64,000 bases of DNA. Source: a virus. Shown here piece by piece: positions 49,318 to 58,657 of this stretch (positions are counted from its first letter, which is position 1; the number at the start of each line of letters is the position of its first letter). The stretch is taken from positions 18,472 through 82,471 of IMG/VR virus record IMGVR_UViG_3300023179_000069; one strand, 5' to 3'. The notes beneath the pieces were generated by a model. The model did no database searches, was not told the DNA's origin, and saw only the letters and a list, made by a program, of their open reading frames with translations. The translations under genes were made by a program, and so were the position numbers.

Positions 49318-50144
49318 TAGATATAACAAACACTACATTTATTATTCCGGTCAGAATAGAGCATCCTGATAGGGCAAGAAATGCATTTACCGTTCTATCC
49401 TATCTTCTAAATAATTTTAAAACTAATGTTATAGTAAAAGAAGTTGACACTAAATCTAATTTTAGTGAGCATGTTATGCCTATTTTGCAACAATCTGTTT
49501 CTGAAGAAAATTTAAAAAATCTTACTCATATTTTTGAAGAATCCCATGATCCAATTTTTTATAGGATGCAAATTCTTAATGAAATGCTTTCAATTTGCAA
49601 AACAAAAGTTGTTGTGAATTATGATATTGATGTTTTGTTAGAACCAAGCACTATCATAGAAGCAATTTTTAAAATTGTTTATGAGAAATATGATTTAATT
49701 TATCCATTCTTGATTGAAAATAGAATTGAAGTTTATGCTAGCATTCAAAGATGTTTTGATTTTATAAGAAATGGATACAATTTTAATATTTTAAGGCAAG
49801 ATAGCCGAAGAGAAGCTTCATTGGCGGGCTTTGTTCAATTTTTTAATAGAGAATCATATATTAAAGGTGGCATGGAAAATGAAAATTTTAAAGGCTCAGC
49901 TCCCGAAGATTGGGAAAGACTGCATCGGTTTACACACCTCGGCTATAAAGTTGATAGACTAAATCATTTTGTTTATCATATTGATCATCATAGAGGAAAC
50001 AATTCTTATCCAATTTCTATGAGTGAAAGTCCATACTGGAATGCCAATCAAGCCCTTTACGAATATTTAATAACTTTGACACCAGAAGAATTGAAAAAAT
50101 ATTATTCTGAGCAAGAGTACTTAAAAAAATATTTGGAGAAATGA
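49314..50144 (+). CDS. GT2/GT7C galactosyltransferase-like
   Basis: YDID; GGMENENFKGSAPED. Confidence 0.75.
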   Translation: MIDITNTTFIIPVRIEHPDRARNAFTVLSYLLNNFKTNVIVKEVDTKSNFSEHVMPILQQSVSEENLKNLTHIFEESHDPIFYRMQILNEMLSICKTKVVVNYDIDVLLEPSTIIEAIFKIVYEKYDLIYPFLIENRIEVYASIQRCFDFIRNGYNFNILRQDSRREASLAGFVQFFNRESYIKGGMENENFKGSAPEDWERLHRFTHLGYKVDRLNHFVYHIDHHRGNNSYPISMSESPYWNANQALYEYLITLTPEELKKYYSEQEYLKKYLEK

Positions 50145-51091
50145 TGATAGTCGCAAGCACACCACTTAGAATATCTTTATTCGGAGGTTCTACTGATAAT
50201 CCATATTTTATTGAAAAATTTGGATATGGCTCAGTAATAAGTTTTGCTTGTGATTTAAAAACATATATATCAGTCAGCCAAGACAGGTTTGGTCAAAATA
50301 AACATGACAACAAATATATAATTAATTATTCAAAAAGAGATGAATCTTTAAACATTCCAGATATAAAAAATGACATTGCTAGATTAGTTTTAGATTATTT
50401 TGATGTGCCACCAGTATCAATATCTATGACTAGCGATGTTTTTTCTCATGGCAGTGGTCTTGCATCATCATCATCTTATTTAATTTCATTGATAAAAGCA
50501 GTATCAATGTTTCTAAATAAAAAAATGACAGATACAGAAATTTGTAGTCTTGCATTAAAACTTGAGCAAATATTAAATCCTTATTGTGGATATCAAGACC
50601 CTTATGGATGTGGTGTTGGTGGATTTAAAAAGATGGATTTTTTCAGAAATGGAAGAGTTAATTATGAATTTTTGCCTACCAATTTTTTTGATTCTTATGA
50701 CATGCATTTAATATTTACAGGAATAACTCGGAGTTCAACAGATGTTTTGAAATCAGTCACCGATAATATAGAAAAATCAAAACCACTTTTAAATACTGTA
50801 AGCAAAGCATATGAAGCAATCATTGAAAATGATTATGAATTTCTAATTAATTTAATAAATGAAAGCTGGATACAAAAAAAAGATACAACTTCTCATATTA
50901 CGGAAAATCAAAAAATAAAAGAAATAGATGAATATCTTTTGAATGAAAAAACGGCTATTGCCCATAAACTTTGTGGAGCTGGCAATGGTGGATTCTTTTT
51001 TGTAATATCAAACAAAAATACACTATCGGTTCCATATGAATATGTTAAAATTGGAGTATCTACAAATGGAGTAGAAGGGCATAGGTTATGA
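50141..51091 (+). CDS. hddA: GHMP sugar kinase, heptose-7-phosphate kinase-like
   Basis: PLRISLFGGSTD, GSGLASSS, GYQD, GAGNGG. Confidence 0.85.
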   Translation: MMIVASTPLRISLFGGSTDNPYFIEKFGYGSVISFACDLKTYISVSQDRFGQNKHDNKYIINYSKRDESLNIPDIKNDIARLVLDYFDVPPVSISMTSDVFSHGSGLASSSSYLISLIKAVSMFLNKKMTDTEICSLALKLEQILNPYCGYQDPYGCGVGGFKKMDFFRNGRVNYEFLPTNFFDSYDMHLIFTGITRSSTDVLKSVTDNIEKSKPLLNTVSKAYEAIIENDYEFLINLINESWIQKKDTTSHITENQKIKEIDEYLLNEKTAIAHKLCGAGNGGFFFVISNKNTLSVPYEYVKIGVSTNGVEGHRL

Positions 51092-51588
51092 GTTTTTTTG
51101 ATGACTGTATTGATGCAATAGATTCATGTGGACCAGATTACTTAAAATTTAAAAAAGTATTTGATCAATATGAAGATATCATTATTTTAGGAAATGGTGG
51201 AAGTAATGCTATCGCTTCTCATATTAGTCAGGATTATACCAAGCGGGCGGGAAAGAGAGCAAGGTCTTTTTCAGATCCATCTATGCTCACTTGCTATATG
51301 AATGATTATGGAGTAGATAACGCTTATGCCGAATTCCTAGAAGACTTTGCAAATAATGAAACACTTGTTATTTTAATTAGTTCATCTGGAAACTCATGGA
51401 ATATTGTTAACTCTATTTTGTATTGTGAAAAAAATGATATTCCTTATGGGATTTTGACAGCATTTGATATTGATAATAGATGTAGAAAAGTTGCAGAAAA
51501 AGCATTATTTGATTATTATATAAACACACATAGTTACGGAGTAGCAGAATGCATTCACCAGATATTCCTCCACGCAGTAGTGGAATAG
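51088..51588 (+). CDS. gmhA: Phosphoheptose isomerase (SIS)
   Basis: GNGGS, NDYG, SSSGNS, E..H. Confidence 0.85.
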   Translation: MSFFDDCIDAIDSCGPDYLKFKKVFDQYEDIIILGNGGSNAIASHISQDYTKRAGKRARSFSDPSMLTCYMNDYGVDNAYAEFLEDFANNETLVILISSSGNSWNIVNSILYCEKNDIPYGILTAFDIDNRCRKVAEKALFDYYINTHSYGVAECIHQIFLHAVVE

Positions 51589-52289
51589 TTTATTGTTTTG
51601 ATCTTGATGGAACAATTTGCACAAATGTAGAACATAGCGACTATCAAAATGCAAAGCCGGATCAAGTGGTTGTTGATGAAATTAACAGGTTGTATGAACT
51701 AGGCGCTATAATTAAAATTATGACAGCAAGAGGTTCTGTAAGTAAAATTGATCACACGGAAGTGACTACGAATCAGCTTAATTCTTGGGGTGTAAAGTAT
51801 CATGAATTGATTATGAATAAAAAGCCTTATGCAGATTTATTTGTTGATGATCGTGCGGTGCATATTGATCATTGGAAAAAGTCAATTCCACAAAAATATG
51901 GAGTGATTGCTGGAGCGTTTGATGTCATTCATCCCGGATATATTGAGATGTTTATGGAAGCAAAAACAAGATGTACTCACTTAACTGTAGCCTTACATGT
52001 AGACCCATCTATTGAAAATGGAAAAGAAAAACCAATATTATCAACACTTGATAGAAGCAGAATACTCAATGCCATTAAGTATATTGATAATATTGTTCCG
52101 TATGGCTCAGAAAAAGAATTAGAAACTTTGCTTAAGATTAGAAATTTTGATATTAGATTTTTGGGCGAAGACTATAAAAATAAAGAAATTACTGGTAAAG
52201 ATTTAACTCCAGAAGTCTGTTATCTAAATAGACTTCATGGATGGTCAGCAACAAAATTTAAAAATATGATAAGGGGTATCAATGCCTAA
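51549..52289 (+). CDS. HAD phosphatase fused to HIGH-family nucleotidyltransferase
   Basis: FDLDGT..TAR..KP..DD, then GAFDVIHPGY..GEDY..WSAT. Confidence 0.85.
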   Translation: MHSPDIPPRSSGIVYCFDLDGTICTNVEHSDYQNAKPDQVVVDEINRLYELGAIIKIMTARGSVSKIDHTEVTTNQLNSWGVKYHELIMNKKPYADLFVDDRAVHIDHWKKSIPQKYGVIAGAFDVIHPGYIEMFMEAKTRCTHLTVALHVDPSIENGKEKPILSTLDRSRILNAIKYIDNIVPYGSEKELETLLKIRNFDIRFLGEDYKNKEITGKDLTPEVCYLNRLHGWSATKFKNMIRGINA

Positions 52290-53178
52290 AAGTTTAGTCA
52301 CAGGTGGAGCCGGTTTTATAGGCTCAAATTTAGTAGATATGTTGATTGATTTAGGTCATGATGTTATTGTTATTGATAATGAATCTGCAGATAATAAAGA
52401 ATTCTATTGGAATGAAAAAGCAGAAAATTATAAATTAGATATTTGCGATTATGATTCAATTAAAAATTTATTTAATGGAGTTGATTATGTTTTTCATTTA
52501 GCAGCAGAATCTAGATTGCAAAATTCAATTGCAAATCCAATCGAAACTGCATATAAAAATTTTGTAGGTACTTGCATAGTATTACAATGTGCAAAAGAAG
52601 CAAATGTTAAAAAATTAATGTATTCTTCTACATCATCAGCCTATGGATTAAATCCTCCACCAAATAGCGAGGAAGATGAAAGAAATTGTCTTAATCCATA
52701 TGCAACAACAAAAGTGGCGGCAGAAGACTTATGCACACTTTATACAAAGCTTTATGGATTAAAAACTATTATATTTAGATATTTTAATGTTTATGGGGAG
52801 CGTTCTCCTGTAACTGGACAATATTCTTTAGTTTTAGGAATTTTTCTTGATCAAGCTAGTCGCAATGAACCTTTAACAATTGTCGGAGACGGATCTCAAA
52901 GAAGAGATTTTATTCATGTAAAAGATGTTGCTTATGCCAATATTATAGCAACACAAAAAGATATTCCAGACGAATACTATGGAACTGTTTTTAATGTTGG
53001 TAGCGGAGAAAATATATCAATTTTAGAGATTGCAAATATTATTTCAAATAATCATGTTTATTTGCCTGAAAGAGCTGGAGAGGCAAAAACAACATTGGCT
53101 AATATTAATAAAATAAAAAACATGTTTGGCTGGGAGCCAAATGTTCATATTAAAAAATGGATAGAAACCAAAATATGA
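52282..53178 (+). CDS. NAD-dependent sugar epimerase/dehydratase
   Basis: TGGAGFIG, YATTK, RYFNVYG. Confidence 0.92.
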   Translation: MPKSLVTGGAGFIGSNLVDMLIDLGHDVIVIDNESADNKEFYWNEKAENYKLDICDYDSIKNLFNGVDYVFHLAAESRLQNSIANPIETAYKNFVGTCIVLQCAKEANVKKLMYSSTSSAYGLNPPPNSEEDERNCLNPYATTKVAAEDLCTLYTKLYGLKTIIFRYFNVYGERSPVTGQYSLVLGIFLDQASRNEPLTIVGDGSQRRDFIHVKDVAYANIIATQKDIPDEYYGTVFNVGSGENISILEIANIISNNHVYLPERAGEAKTTLANINKIKNMFGWEPNVHIKKWIETKI

Positions 53179-54038
53179 ATATAAATAAAGTAAAAAAGAA
53201 TTTTTCAAATATTGATTTTATCATTCCCTATCAACACGGAAATAATTTTGATAGAGTCAAGAATCTCTCTATAGTCTTATATTATATTTTAGATAATTTT
53301 GATACAAACATCTATTTAAAAGAAACCGGATCAAACTCTTATGAAACACATATTATTCCTTATTTAAATTATCACAATATTGATATTTCTAAAATAAAAT
53401 ATTTTAATGAAAAAACATATTATGAAAATTTTCCTAAAACTAAAATTTTAAATGATTTAATAATGGAAACAAAAAATGATTTTATTATTATGCATGATGC
53501 TGATATTCTTTTACCCATTTTTTCTTATTCAGCAATATCAAAAATTACTGAAGAAGATTGTGATTTTTTGTTGCCAATAGGTGATCATGGTAGTTTTTTG
53601 ATAAAAAAAGAAAATGATTTTATTTATTTAAATCCTCATACCATTTATAACATGATAAATGTTGATCCTTTTTTAAATAATGTTAATCCCTATCTTCCCG
53701 GACCTCCGGGGGGTGTTCATTTTATGAGAAAAAAAGCATATTTTGAAGGTTATTTAGAAAATGAAAATTTTTCAGGATATGGTCCGGAAGATTCAGAAAA
53801 AATATTAAGATTTAAAAAATTAGGATTTAAAGTTGAAAGATTTAATGGAGCTGCTTTTGATTTATTACATGAAAAAAATGATGAAAAAAATATATATGGG
53901 CATCCTTTATATAGAACAAAAAATATAGAAAATAATTTAAAATTATATGAATATTTAATTTCTTTAAACAGAGAAGAATTAATAGAATACTATAAAAATC
54001 AAAAATATTTTAAAAAAAGAATGAAAGGCAAAAAATGA
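53175..54038 (+). CDS. GT2/GT7C glycosyltransferase, paralogue of 49314
   Basis: HDAD; ENENFSGYGPED. Confidence 0.75.
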   Translation: MNINKVKKNFSNIDFIIPYQHGNNFDRVKNLSIVLYYILDNFDTNIYLKETGSNSYETHIIPYLNYHNIDISKIKYFNEKTYYENFPKTKILNDLIMETKNDFIIMHDADILLPIFSYSAISKITEEDCDFLLPIGDHGSFLIKKENDFIYLNPHTIYNMINVDPFLNNVNPYLPGPPGGVHFMRKKAYFEGYLENENFSGYGPEDSEKILRFKKLGFKVERFNGAAFDLLHEKNDEKNIYGHPLYRTKNIENNLKLYEYLISLNREELIEYYKNQKYFKKRMKGKK

Positions 54039-55180
54039 GAATAGGATTTTTAAGCTCAGATTGGGCAGATTATTTTACTTCATCTCCCGGAGGATGTTGC
54101 TGGATTAGGGCAGTTAGTATTGCAGAGCAAATTAATAAAATAGATGGATATGAATCTTTTGTCGGAGAATACGGGTGGAAAGAAGACGAAGGCTTTGTTG
54201 TTGTCCCAACATGGGAAAGAGTGAGATTTGGAAGTCATGCACCCATTGAAAATTTTGACAAATACGAGGGAAATTTAGATGTTGTCGTTATGAAGCTTTG
54301 GATGTGGCATGAATATGAATATTATATTAGAAGGGCGCAAGAATTAGGTCAAGTAATTATTATTGATATTGATGACTTTTTTAGTAATCTTCCACAATAC
54401 AATATTGCTTTTCACACCACCGACCCAAAGAAAAACGAAATTTGGAATAGAGACCATATGCTTAAATCTTACAAGTATGTTGATGGTCTTATAGCAAGTA
54501 CACAATTTATTTATGATTATTATAAAAAGGATAATCCTGAAATCCATCTGGTAAAAAATGCAGTCAATCCTGATTTATTTTTAAAGAGAATGGATTTCTC
54601 CGGCAACAAACCAAAAATTGGTTGGGTTGGCATCATGCTGTGGCGTGGTGAAGATATTGAAACTTTACAGGGTTGGCTAGGGCCATTTTTAGAAAAACAT
54701 GATTTAAAATTTCATCATTCTGGCATGCTTGCAGATAGACCTAAACAACTTGCCGAAATTGCCAAATTTGATCCCGAAAGATTAGAAGAAATTACTGGCA
54801 CAAATGTATGGAATTATGGCAATGTATTGCTTCCTATTGATATAGGACTAATTCCATTAACTAATAATCAATTTAATGAAGCAAAGAGTAGTTTAAAGGG
54901 CGTAGAATATGCTATGTCTGGCATTCCATTTGTTTCCGGCAATACTTATGAGTATCGCAAAATGGCGGAAGAAGGTGCCGGAAGAGTTGCAAAAAAGCCT
55001 CACGATTGGATAAAACATTTAGAAACCTTGCTAGATCCAGATGTCAGGCGGGAAGAGGCTAATAAAAACCATCAAATTGTACTAGAAAAATACAACTTAA
55101 AGACTAGAGTTTATGAATGGATTGATGCTATTAATAAAATATATGAAAAAGCCATGTCTGATGGGCGTACAAGAGGTTGA
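54035..55180 (+). CDS. GT4-like glycosyltransferase
   Basis: DIDD, IGWVG, DIGLIPL..KS.LK..EY. Confidence 0.8.
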   Translation: MRIGFLSSDWADYFTSSPGGCCWIRAVSIAEQINKIDGYESFVGEYGWKEDEGFVVVPTWERVRFGSHAPIENFDKYEGNLDVVVMKLWMWHEYEYYIRRAQELGQVIIIDIDDFFSNLPQYNIAFHTTDPKKNEIWNRDHMLKSYKYVDGLIASTQFIYDYYKKDNPEIHLVKNAVNPDLFLKRMDFSGNKPKIGWVGIMLWRGEDIETLQGWLGPFLEKHDLKFHHSGMLADRPKQLAEIAKFDPERLEEITGTNVWNYGNVLLPIDIGLIPLTNNQFNEAKSSLKGVEYAMSGIPFVSGNTYEYRKMAEEGAGRVAKKPHDWIKHLETLLDPDVRREEANKNHQIVLEKYNLKTRVYEWIDAINKIYEKAMSDGRTRG

Positions 55181-55205
55181 CATATATTATAAAAGTTGAT
55201 ACTAT
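55177..55205 (+). promoter_or_regulatory. Promoter TTGACA-N17-TACTAT, leaderless
   Basis: ATG 6 nt after the -10. Confidence 0.7.
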
Positions 55206-55211
55206 TAATAG

Positions 55212-55700
55212 ATGAGTCTATGGAGAAAAGGTTTTTGCTCCCTAGTTGCGCCTCTTATGGTTTTTACCGTAATGCTACCAACCAGCTCAGCAAATACCAG
55301 CCAGAAAACATTAGAAACACCTAAAATTATTAAAATAGAAACAAAAAAAAATAAAAAAGTAATAGTAAAAAAACGGGCATCACGCGCTACGATTCGCAAA
55401 GTTGCTCAATCTTATGCAATTAAGACTATGCATTCGAAATATAATTGGGGTCTAGGACAATTTAAATGCCTTAATCATATTTGGGAACATGAAAGTCATT
55501 GGCAATGGGATGCTAAAAATAAGCGTTCGGGCGCTTTAGGAATTCCCCAAGCATATCCCGGTCATAAAATGAAAAGTGCAGGCAAAGACTATAAAACAAA
55601 TTATAAAACTCAAATTAACTGGGGTTTAAATTACATTAAAAAGAGATACGGCAGTCCATGTAATGCACATTATTTTAGAAAAAAACATAAATATTACTAA
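55212..55700 (+). CDS. Secreted lytic transglycosylase (SLT/Rpf-like)
   Basis: Signal peptide; HESHW..SGALGIPQA..QINWGLNYI..RYGSPC. Confidence 0.88.
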   Translation: MSLWRKGFCSLVAPLMVFTVMLPTSSANTSQKTLETPKIIKIETKKNKKVIVKKRASRATIRKVAQSYAIKTMHSKYNWGLGQFKCLNHIWEHESHWQWDAKNKRSGALGIPQAYPGHKMKSAGKDYKTNYKTQINWGLNYIKKRYGSPCNAHYFRKKHKYY

Positions 55701-55996
55701 GGGGTAGATCGGTTTCGACAGTTGTTGTGAACAGTCTACAGCAGCCCAAGTTGTGCAAACTTGTAAAACGGTACAAAACAAATAATCGGCACACTTATTA
55801 CCGAATCAGCACTACGCAACAAACTAGAGACTTTCGTTAGAATTTCTGTAGCAGCGTAATCGCCACGCTGATGACTAGCGCGGGAACAGAATAGTCATAC
55901 TGTATAATAAGATAAGTAATACAAATAGCAATACATGGCTGTAATACTGTAATTGGGATAGACAATTGGACGCGGGTTCGATTCCCGCCTACTCCA
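55701..55996 (+). ncRNA. ssrA: tmRNA
   Basis: GGGGTAG/CTACTCC with G3:U, GGTTTCGAC, T arm; tag ORF 55788-55859 ends VAA*. Confidence 0.93.
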
Positions 55997-56008
55997 CAAG
56001 GAGGCATA

Positions 56009-56308
56009 GTGGAACCAGATTTTGAAAACATGGAATCATTAATTGATTACCTTATGGAGAATAAAGCATTAGAACTTTATGGAATGGCGGAATCTGGTGA
56101 ATTTACATATAGAATAAACTTAAATATTCTACAAGAAGTTCTTCCTAAACTTTATGAAATGTTAATGGAAGATATAAATGATACTTTATTGGATCTTTAT
56201 AAAGAAGAATATGTTGAGATGGAATATGACGAAAATTTGCAACCGAAATTTAAATTAACTGAAAAAGGTAAAGAATTTTTAAAAAATGGTAATGATATTG
56301 AATTTTAA
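56009..56308 (+). CDS. Winged-helix-like acidic protein
   Basis: RBS AAGGAGG; LTEKGKEFL. Confidence 0.65.
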   Translation: MEPDFENMESLIDYLMENKALELYGMAESGEFTYRINLNILQEVLPKLYEMLMEDINDTLLDLYKEEYVEMEYDENLQPKFKLTEKGKEFLKNGNDIEF

Positions 56309-56320
56309 AAAGGAGATAAT

Positions 56321-56470
56321 GTGTCAAATTTAATTATAAATATTTTTTGTTTTTCAGCTGGAACCATTGTAGGTATATTTTTTATAGGATTAGTTGTGGG
56401 AAATAAGTTTCAAGAATCATGGCATAATGGTTATCGGGCGGGCAAATATGGAGCAGAGAATAATAGCTAA
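56321..56470 (+). CDS. 49-aa single-TM protein
   Basis: AAGGAG plus GTG; hydrophobic helix. Confidence 0.55.
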   Translation: MSNLIINIFCFSAGTIVGIFFIGLVVGNKFQESWHNGYRAGKYGAENNS

Positions 56471-56585
56471 TGTTTTTATTTACTGTAAAGATAAAACTCA
56501 TTCTTCATGTACAATAAAAGAAAAAATTAATTCTATTACTTTTATTTGCATATGTGAGTGTCATTCAGTTCGTCCAATTATTTAA
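56448..56585 (+). CDS. CxCxCH microprotein
   Basis: C..H..C..CICECH. Confidence 0.45.
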   Translation: MEQRIIANVFIYCKDKTHSSCTIKEKINSITFICICECHSVRPII

Positions 56586-56597
56586 GTAAGGTATAAT

Positions 56598-56756
56598 ATG
56601 ATTAAGTGTTTGTATTGCATACATCAAGAAGCTAAATATGAGATTGTACAAAAAACTCTTGTAGCCGGTAAAGATTTTGAATTTACCGCAAAAGTATGCC
56701 TGACATGCATGCCAGTAAATAATTATTTACTAAAAGATTATAAAATAATTCAATGA
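56598..56756 (+). CDS. 52-aa zinc-binding microprotein
   Basis: CLYC..CLTC. Confidence 0.45.
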   Translation: MIKCLYCIHQEAKYEIVQKTLVAGKDFEFTAKVCLTCMPVNNYLLKDYKIIQ

Positions 56757-56774
56757 AAGAAGGTGAATAAGTAA

Positions 56775-57029
56775 ATGGCAACAACACCACAGCGTGACAT
56801 TACTGCAGTCCAGCCAGCCACACAGGATTTAGATGCTCCAAGCACAACATCTGAGGCACTCGGACCAAACAATGCGGACAACCACAGAACACCAATCACA
56901 AACCTTGGAATTAACGAGGCAAGAGAAATGACAGGCTTCCCAAGTATCAGTGGCGGAGCAAATGTTTCAATGACAGATGCACAGCCCGGAGGCGGACCTA
57001 CAGTAACAACTGAGGCAGGACCTTACTGA
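56775..57029 (+). CDS. Disordered Thr/Pro-rich protein, possibly virion
   Basis: RBS AAGGTGA; low complexity. Confidence 0.6.
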   Translation: MATTPQRDITAVQPATQDLDAPSTTSEALGPNNADNHRTPITNLGINEAREMTGFPSISGGANVSMTDAQPGGGPTVTTEAGPY

Positions 57030-57805
57030 TGATTGGAAATACCAGTAGTCAACATAAAGAACCAGATGATGTTGATCTGGATTTTTATGTTGAACAAAAT
57101 AATAAAAAGAAAGGTGGTGAAAACAAAATGGATAACAATCTACAAAATGAAACAGTAGTTCAGCCATCTGCAAATCCAAGTACGGGATTTAGCGCAACAG
57201 AGCCTGATCCAAAGGGTGAAATGGCAGCACAAAAGTTTGATGTTCCAGTTCTACAAAAAGCTATTGATGAAATTGAAAGTGTTCTTAAATCTTTTGATGA
57301 AATTGAGAAGTCAGGATACCCTAATGTATCACGCCCATCGGCCCCAGCAACAGTTTCAGGCGAAACATGTCCAAATTGCGGTTCTTCCATGAAGAAAGCA
57401 GAAGAACCAGACACGAGTCGTGCATCATCTGTAACTGTAAATAATGAAACAGAGCCAGATGGCAAGGATGCTAGCCCAATCGTTAAAAATGATATTTCAG
57501 ATGTAATTGCTAAAGCAAAGGACGCTCTTGATGCAGTAAGAGCAGAATTGGTTGGCAAGGACAAATATGAAAATCAGAACCACTCATATGACGCAGGCAA
57601 AGATACTGCTGAAGTTACAAAAGCAGCACAATGCTGCGACAATGCTTGTGGAAATTGCACAGGTCCCGGATGCGGATGCTGTGAAGACTGCAAAAAAGTA
57701 GAAAAAGCTGCAGAAACTTCTGAAACAAAAGAAGAGGAATCAGCAGAAGAAATCAAAAAGTCTGTTTGGGGCGGCGCATTTACCCCAGTAAACGCATACA
57801 ATTGA
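57029..57805 (+). CDS. Acidic scaffold-like protein with KSVWGGAF tail (alternative start 57128)
   Basis: Repeated KA/KS sites, Cys clusters, C-terminal WGG motif. Confidence 0.65.
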   Translation: MIGNTSSQHKEPDDVDLDFYVEQNNKKKGGENKMDNNLQNETVVQPSANPSTGFSATEPDPKGEMAAQKFDVPVLQKAIDEIESVLKSFDEIEKSGYPNVSRPSAPATVSGETCPNCGSSMKKAEEPDTSRASSVTVNNETEPDGKDASPIVKNDISDVIAKAKDALDAVRAELVGKDKYENQNHSYDAGKDTAEVTKAAQCCDNACGNCTGPGCGCCEDCKKVEKAAETSETKEEESAEEIKKSVWGGAFTPVNAYN

Positions 57806-57836
57806 TTTTGATTGAGAAATGTGAGATCTCACACAG

Positions 57837-57865
57837 CAACGGTCTATGACCGTTGTTTGTGTTTT
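57837..57865 (+). terminator. Probable terminator
   Basis: CAACGGTC-TAT-GACCGTTG then T-rich tail. Confidence 0.55.
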
Positions 57866-57878
57866 ACAAGGAGGAAAC

Positions 57879-58277
57879 ATGAGAGTATTAGTAATTGGAA
57901 GTAAAGATTGGAAAGACTATAATGAAATCATTCGTAATCTTACTTTAGCCATTGAAGATATAAATTATTATTATCCCGATGAAAAACGAATTACTTTTGT
58001 ACACACAGGTCAGCGCGGCGCTGAAAATATGGTGACTGAATATGTAGGCAAAGTTGAAAAGTATATGCGTCAAAAAGGATATACAATCAAAGAAGAATTA
58101 GTAAGATTACCTGCCGGAAAATTTGATTTATCTTCCAGAATTCAAAGAGATTATGAAATGATTAATTCTGGAATCAACTATGCTCTTATTTTTAATGATG
58201 GGACTTGCAAAAGATCAAATGCATGTGCTAAGATATTGCATGAGTTTGAAGTTCCTACAAGAATAATCAAGGAGTAA
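57879..58277 (+). CDS. YspA-like SLOG family protein
   Basis: MRVLVIGSKDW..VH..RGAE. Confidence 0.7.
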   Translation: MRVLVIGSKDWKDYNEIIRNLTLAIEDINYYYPDEKRITFVHTGQRGAENMVTEYVGKVEKYMRQKGYTIKEELVRLPAGKFDLSSRIQRDYEMINSGINYALIFNDGTCKRSNACAKILHEFEVPTRIIKE

Positions 58278-58280
58278 CAC

Positions 58281-58649
58281 ATGAAGGAGTCTGAATCGCG
58301 TCTTTCAAATAGAGATAGGCGTTATTTAAAACTTGCAGTAAACGCTGCATTGTCCTCAAAGGAACGCAGAAAGCATGGAGCGGTAATTGTAAAATCAAAT
58401 AGGGTACTTAGCATAGGAATAAATAAATTTAGAAACCACCCAGACATCATACCTGAAAGTTTTATCAAGCAAGTATGCTCTGTTCATGCAGAAGTTGATG
58501 CTTTGAAAAAAATCAATGATGCAAGAAATGCTACAATCTATGTGGCAAGAGTTAATAATCAAAATAAGCCTATGATGTCCCGCCCATGTAACAATTGCTA
58601 TTCTGCAATTCGTGAGGCGGGAATCAAAAACATTGTCTACACGGACTAG
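58281..58649 (+). CDS. Zinc-dependent nucleotide deaminase
   Basis: HAE..PCxxC. Confidence 0.88.
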   Translation: MKESESRLSNRDRRYLKLAVNAALSSKERRKHGAVIVKSNRVLSIGINKFRNHPDIIPESFIKQVCSVHAEVDALKKINDARNATIYVARVNNQNKPMMSRPCNNCYSAIREAGIKNIVYTD

Positions 58650-58657
58650 GAGCGAGA

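Noticed and set aside
41881-55180. Bacterial O-antigen/capsule locus or host contamination
   Set aside because: Flanked by phage genes, shares the CCWGG and ACGT avoidance, and lacks export genes.
57820-57833. CRP site in palindrome TGTGAGATCTCACA
   Set aside because: Spacer is 4 nt rather than 6; may bind another factor but there is no support.
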